From Hemiscyllium ocellatum (Eukaryota), in the NCBI RefSeq assembly GCF_020745735.1, contig NC_083420.1, forward strand, positions 29,326,001 through 29,390,000: a stretch of DNA of 64,000 nt. Reading direction: 5' to 3'. This document shows, piece by piece, positions 60,725 through 64,000 of the stretch (its first letter is position 1; each line of letters begins with the position of its first letter). A program made the translations under genes and the position numbers. Below the pieces are notes generated by a model. That model was not told the DNA's origin. It did no database searches and was given only the letters and a program-made list of their open reading frames with translations.

Positions 60725-60959
60725 GTTCTTTGTTACTTGAAAGCCTGAAGGACCATATATCAACCACAGCTCAAGACCATTGCAAAGCAATCTATTTGCA
60801 TGTCCTTACTACCAATAGTACTGCCATCCACTTCTATGAAAATAGAGACTTTAAACAACATCATTACTTGCCCTATTATTACTCTATACGTGGTGTTTTG
60901 AAGGATGGCTTCACTTATGTTCTTTATATCAATGGGGGACATCCTCCTTGGACAATCTT
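60725..60959 (+). CDS. NAA60: NAA60 coding exon 4; gene continues (C-terminal exon not found in window)
   Basis: SLLLESLKDHISTTAQDHCKAIYLHVLTTN..FYENRDFKQHHYLPYYYSIRGVLKDGFTYVLYINGGHPPWTIL; homology stops at an ATATCCTTT donor. Confidence 0.95.
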
Positions 60960-60968
60960 ATATCCTTT
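60960..60968 (+). other. U12-type (minor spliceosome) AT-AC intron 5' splice site
   Basis: Exact ATATCCTTT consensus at the point where NAA60 homology ends; no GT donor nearby. Confidence 0.9.
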
Positions 60969-62805
60969 AAACAGCATTAAGCTCCTAAACCCTCAGAATA
61001 CATTTTTCCTACATATAAAAGTTTTGGTTGCAATTATTTAATCATTTGTAGGTTTCACGTTTTTAACTATTATGATGCAATCTGAAAGATTTGATTGACT
61101 AATACAAATTATTAAAATAAACATTAAGCAATTTACCACAGTGGTTACAGTTTATTTTAATCTTTGTCTCTTTTAACATTAAAATAATGTATTGTTAGCT
61201 TCCATGTAGCATATATGATTTATTGTATATTGTATTAAGCAATGCAAAAGTAATTGAGCGAGCTGTGAGAAAATTGTTAACTGTAAGTTGTTTTGCATAA
61301 GTGCAGCTTAGTTTTCCCGGAAGCTGAATTTCTGTTGTTTGCTAATTCATATGGCTAGAAGTTTACTTGAATGATTCTTGCAAGCGTAGTTGAATAATGA
61401 ATTCTGGTATACAAGTCTGTTGCACAAAATTGCTTAATGCTTTTTTCTGAATTTCCATGTTCATTAGTAAAGGATTTATTTGGTCTGTACAGTATTAGAA
61501 TTGAGGGACCCTTATTTGCATAGTGAGCTCCATTGTCTGATGTGTCGGACACTTCATCTTGGCCCACCATTTGCATGCATTTTGTTAATTATACATCAGT
61601 GTTAATGTGGCTAAATAACCTTGTTGTTTAGTCAATATCAAATATAAAACTGATCTAAGGAACTAAAGTAAGAAAAAGTAGAAATGGTGAAATAAAATTA
61701 TTTTTATGCTTCATATGGATGTCCAGTTAAACTGTAATTATTGTTATGAAGCATATCATTGTTATAATGTAATTTATTGCAATTTCTCCAGAGTTTGAGT
61801 AATTTCAAGTGGAAAAAATCATTCCATTGCCAATAGAAGGAGTATTCTGTCAAAGACCAGTGCAGTGTTAATTATTCCAATTTCTCTTTCTGTTAGACAA
61901 CAGGACAATTGCTTTAACCTACTTGTTTGATTACAGTAGATGTAGTTTTAGGATGTGAAATTCTTGGTCCAGTTTGATTAAAATTATTACTTAAGATGCC
62001 ATTTTTAAAAGAAATTGTATTTAATTTGCAGGACAATTTATTTATTTTCAGTAAGAGATACTTGATAACCTGTGGCTGAGACACACTGTAATTGAGATAC
62101 TCACTGCCATGAAAATCAATGTTCACACTTGAGACTGAATTTGACCAGAAATGATCAACTCAAAAGACAGACTTTAGGATATTATGAGTAGGGAAAGGAG
62201 ACTAATGTAGAGTTTGCCTTAAAGAATTTGAAGATAAATCGCAAATAAGTTCCCAAGAATCTTTCTAGAACTATTTGGAAACAGTAATAACTTGCTTGAA
62301 CATGAAAACAAGTGGATTTGAATTTTCAGCTGTGAAAGTTTGGCAGTTATGTGTCCAATGGGTGAAATTCAATGAAGTTATTTTACGTTTGGAGAAATAC
62401 CTTTTTGAATCAATTGAAGTGATTAATTACAACATCCCAGGTTAAAGGATATTTTGCTTTTTAAAACCCTAAAATGTAATCCAAAAATGGATTAAAAATA
62501 GATGAAGAATCTCGTTCTCTGCTTTGATAAGTATGTCATATGTTTCAGAAGGGTCAAAAAAAAACAGAGCGACATGTGGGAAATAGACAAGCCACAATAA
62601 TGAGAGCCTTGATACTTGTTCCAGATAAGTTAGGGAATACCAATCATACTAGACAATTTATGCTCTGGAATGAGAAAAAAAATGGGCCTGAAGCAGAATT
62701 GGAAAACATGTTTTCTTTCAGTTGCTTCCCTGCATTAAACCTTCTGATGATAGTCTGGGTGACCATAGAGTGGGGACTTCATTAACTACAATAATCTTGA
62801 GGTAT

Positions 62806-63063
62806 CTTCGGCCCAACAAGTCCATACCGACCCGCCACCCACCCATACCCCTACATTTTCCCCTTACCTAACATTACGGGCAATTTAGCATGGCCAATTC
62901 ACCTGACCCGCACATCTTTGGACTGTGGGAGGAAACTGGAAACCCACGCAGACACGGGGAGAACATGCAAACTCTACACAGTCAGTCGCCTGAGGCGGGA
63001 ATTGAACCCGGGTCTCTGGTGCTGTGAGGCAGCAATGCTAACCACTGTGCCACTGTGCTGCCC
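62806..63063 (-). mobile_element. HE1-type V-SINE
   Basis: Reverse complement reads GGGCAGCACAGTGGCACAGTGGTTAGC..GGGTTCAATTCCCGCCTCAGGCG..GACTTGTTGGGCCGAAG; closely matches 8345-8632. Confidence 0.9.
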
Positions 63064-64000
63064 ACTATGTCATGCTTAACCTGAAGGAAAAAGCAATTTC
63101 TTTCTCAAACATTTGGAAGTTCTTAAAAAAGGTTTTAAGCAGCTTGTTACGTTCAGAACTTTAGCATAAGGGAACATGACTTAAAATGTATTTTTTTAAA
63201 AACATAATCAATTACTTAAATTTAGTTCGCACAAAGTTAATGCATAAAACAGATGAGCTGAATGATATGACAGTAGAGTTTGGCTTTTGAAAAAGGAAGA
63301 CTTTGGTAAAAGGTGAGAACCTTTAAAGTGGACAATTTTGAAAGATAGGTCTAGATCATATCCACACATATGAGGAAGTATGGAGTATTCTTTGTCTTGT
63401 GTCATTATATAAAGGTAAAGATTATTGATTGGATGGGTAAATCTGATAATAACTGTTGCTCTGTACTTTTACTTGCTGAAGTAAAGCAACTTAACAAATC
63501 TTAAAAGCCTTTCTCATTTGGCCTGCTCTTGAAGAGAGTGGAGAAATACATGTATTAAGAACACAAGGTCATTTCAGGACAAGAAGTACCATTAAACTTG
63601 CAAATTATTAATTTTCTTTTAAGAAAGAACAGTAGGGGATGATTACATTAAATTAAGTAAGTTGTAGCATGTGGAACATTAATTGTGCAAGAATAGGAGG
63701 AGTCTTGAACTAGTGATTTGGGAGTTAAAGATAAGATTAAAGTTGTCAGTGACAAATTTGAAGACAGCAAATAAAGGATACTAAAACTAATATATATGGA
63801 TGTAACATAAATGCCTCATACAATCCATAAATGTAAAATGCGATGATGTATCTAAGCTTTGAGTAAAACAGTGGTTATCAAATGTTTTGTGTAAGGAATT
63901 CCTTTCAAATACCTATATTTTTGAGAATCCTTTTCCAAAGATCTGTGCTAGTTGCCAAGTAGAACAAAAATTCTGTCACATTTCAAAAGATGATTTTTAG

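Noticed and set aside
61905-63090. Candidate U12 branch points (GCTTTAACCTAC ~61911; TGCTTAACC ~63073)
   Set aside because: Not followed by sequence encoding the NAA60 C-terminus; the true acceptor probably lies beyond the window.

Overview
Eukaryotic, AT-rich, repeat-dense vertebrate DNA, most likely from a shark or other elasmobranch (HE1-type V-SINEs, abundant CR1 LINEs and Penelope-like elements). Three spliced genes are supported. (1) The first coding exon of DNASE1 on the minus strand at the left edge. (2) A complete INTS15/C7orf26 gene on the + strand: 6 coding exons, 437 aa, with a CpG-rich promoter at about 28.7 kb. (3) The 5' four coding exons of NAA60 on the + strand, with a promoter at about 50.1 kb; the last visible exon ends at a U12-type (ATATCCTTT) minor-spliceosome donor. 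Most of the remainder is transposon-derived. The most striking unexplained structure is a dispersed set of short (about 45-200 bp) elements derived from the 3' ends of Penelope-like retroelements. They carry minimal hammerhead-ribozyme cores (CTGATGA-A-stem II-GAAA-CGTC/GCTA). Several are young insertions with 12-17 bp target-site duplications, and two form perfect 71-78 bp-arm palindromes centred on the ribozyme. All calls come from reading the sequence and from recalled family motifs; no searches were run.
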